DNA from: Victivallaceae bacterium
GTDB taxonomy: Bacteria > Verrucomicrobiota > Lentisphaeria > Victivallales > Victivallaceae
Length of the DNA: 36,069 nucleotides
Assembly (NCBI GenBank): GCA_045633645.1
Contig: JAZQYS010000216.1
Location: 1 to 36,069, forward strand
Direction of reading: 5' to 3'
Translations under genes and position numbers: made by a program
The notes under the pieces: generated by a model
What the model saw: the letters and a program-made list of their open reading frames with translations, nothing else
What the model was told of the DNA's origin: nothing
The model's database searches: none
Shown: positions 34,826 to 36,069 of the stretch, piece by piece
Position numbering within the stretch: position 1 is the stretch's first letter
Layout of the letters: every line of letters starts with the position of its first letter

Positions 34826-35905
34826 TCATCTCCTTACTTGAGTGCTGACTCTTTCTGACAGGTGGTGGGGCGTCAGCATAAACGGCATAGATGTTATATT
34901 TTTCATTTTCATTTCAAGCAGAGTTCTTACGGAACTTCTGCCGATTTCCAGATAATTAAAATCAATTGCCGACAGCGGCGGAGAAAGAAAATCGCAGCCG
35001 ATCAAACCGCCGCACGAAAGAACGGCGATATCTTCGGGGATACGGATATTTTTCTTTTGCAGATATTTGTAAAGACACACCGCCAGAAAGTCAGAAAAAC
35101 AGAAAACGGCAGTCGGCATTTCTTCAAGCGCGTCAAAAAATGCGGCAATTTCTTCAGAGATGATTTTTTCATCGCTGTAACTTGAAATTTCAGCCCGCAG
35201 AGCCGGATCATCATCCAGACCGATATTCCGGAGCAGAGCAAAGTACTCCTCTTTGCTGATACGGTTGGGACGGCAGGCAAGATAACTTACTTTTTTGTGT
35301 CCCTGACGGAAAAGGTATTCCAGTCCGTCACGGATTACACCGGGATAATCCGTTCCCATGACTGCAAAACCGGTTGTTTTCACATCCTTTTCAATCGCAT
35401 GAACAAGTATCACCGGAAGTCCCGTCGCTTTTAAAATCCCGATAGCCGGTTCATTGCCGCAGAAGTTTCCTGAAAAAGAGAGTATTCCCAGGTAATTTTT
35501 CTGTTTGATAAGTTCAACGATTTTGTCTTTTTCAGCCAGTTCCAGAGAGATTTTGGAGCAGGTTTCAACGGTAAATCCCGCAGCGGCAGCCTCCTGCTGG
35601 ATCCCCGGCAGAATGTAACGCCCGGGATCAATGATGCTGTCAATATCTCCGACAATGACAAGGATTTTCTTTTCAGTTTCATTCCCGCAGATAAAAGTTC
35701 CTTTGCCCTTGATGCGTTCGACGATATTTTCCATCGCCAGACGTGAAAGCGCACTCCGCAAAGTTTTGCGTGAAACACCCAGCTCCTCAGCCAGAACCGG
35801 TTCAACCGGAAGCATGCCGCTTGAAGAATATACACCATCTGCTATTTTTTTCTTAAGCAGACAATAGACTTCTTCAGTCTTGGGAGCTGTTCTGAAACGT
35901 ACCAT
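34826..35905 (-). CDS. transcriptional regulator: GntR-type winged HTH fused to a LacI/PBP1-type sugar-binding domain
   Basis: N-terminal LPVEPVLAEELGVSRKTLRSALSRLAMENIVERIKGKGTFI (GntR wHTH). The remaining ~280 aa is Peripla_BP-like (ILVIVGDI..., GLPVILVH, TAVFCFSDFLA). It is the first gene of the minus-strand operon. Confidence 0.8.
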   Translation of the reverse strand: MVRFRTAPKTEEVYCLLKKKIADGVYSSSGMLPVEPVLAEELGVSRKTLRSALSRLAMENIVERIKGKGTFICGNETEKKILVIVGDIDSIIDPGRYILPGIQQEAAAAGFTVETCSKISLELAEKDKIVELIKQKNYLGILSFSGNFCGNEPAIGILKATGLPVILVHAIEKDVKTTGFAVMGTDYPGVIRDGLEYLFRQGHKKVSYLACRPNRISKEEYFALLRNIGLDDDPALRAEISSYSDEKIISEEIAAFFDALEEMPTAVFCFSDFLAVCLYKYLQKKNIRIPEDIAVLSCGGLIGCDFLSPPLSAIDFNYLEIGRSSVRTLLEMKMKNITSMPFMLTPHHLSERVSTQVRR

Positions 35906-36069
35906 GTAACCTCCATGTATCCTTTACGAAAGTTACGATATTCCCATGTTCCCTTTAAGTCAAGAGAAAAAATCCACTTTTTTGAATATTTTTTAAATGA
36001 CGGCGGAGTGCAGGCTCAGGCGCAAAACTTACCCCAAGGGATATGCAAAACCCAAGGCTGCGACCAACG

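Noticed and set aside
23379-34829. Whether the two 1.16-kb direct repeats are the ends of a composite transposon or IS pair.
   Set aside because: Each repeat is a complete enzyme-coding paralog with its own RBS. There is no transposase, no terminal inverted repeats and no compositional break, so gene duplication is the simpler reading.
33552-34841. 429-aa plus-strand ORF. Similar long plus-strand ORFs occur at 23913-24710, 24902-26059, 27261-28340 and 32861-33529.
   Set aside because: All lie antisense to minus-strand genes with clear family motifs and RBSs. Their translations are low-complexity (F/I/R/G-rich) with no motifs. They are shadow ORFs typical of the opposite strand.

Overview
The window reads as a mosaic of six parts. 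The host is probably a PVC-group bacterium (Lentisphaerota- or Planctomycetota-like). That inference rests on two prepilin-type H-X9-DG proteins, dense glycoside-hydrolase content and strong AAGGAG-type ribosome-binding sites. (1) Bases 1 to ~3400 are a strongly AT-rich accessory segment, truncated at the left window edge. It carries a two-gene operon: an ~880-aa protein with an N-terminal SIR2 (NADase-type) domain and a ~570-aa helical-repeat C-terminus, followed by a 126-aa domain-less ORF. This is my best candidate for an undescribed anti-phage or abortive-infection module. (2) Convergent with it is a class II auto-inhibited Fic/AMPylase carrying a C-terminal wHTH. Three 12-bp direct repeats overlap its promoter. 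(3) 4555-16383 holds an AraC regulator and a plus-strand glycan-utilisation operon: GH127-like, H-X9-DG pseudopilin-like, GH36, a secreted CBM+TIM-barrel hydrolase, a DMT-type permease, an amidohydrolase and a DUF4091 protein. (4) 16507-20385 is a ~3.9-kb lower-GC integrative element beside tRNA-Ala(CGC), flanked by 13-bp direct repeats. It encodes only a tyrosine integrase and a 786-aa RecA-fold (RepA/AAA_25-like) replication-type ATPase with a large unassigned N-terminus. (5) 20531-23279 holds a 5'-nucleotidase and the prfH-rtcB ribosome rescue/RNA repair pair. (6) 23379-35905 is a minus-strand glycan operon headed by a GntR-HTH/sugar-binding regulator. It contains two ~80%-identical GH99-like/WbsX-like paralogs bracketing a large cytoplasmic hydrolase, a second H-X9-DG protein and two tandem DUF4838/CBM9-like secreted paralogs. 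No CRISPR array, rRNA or transposase was seen. All family assignments come from motif recognition by eye, not from searches.
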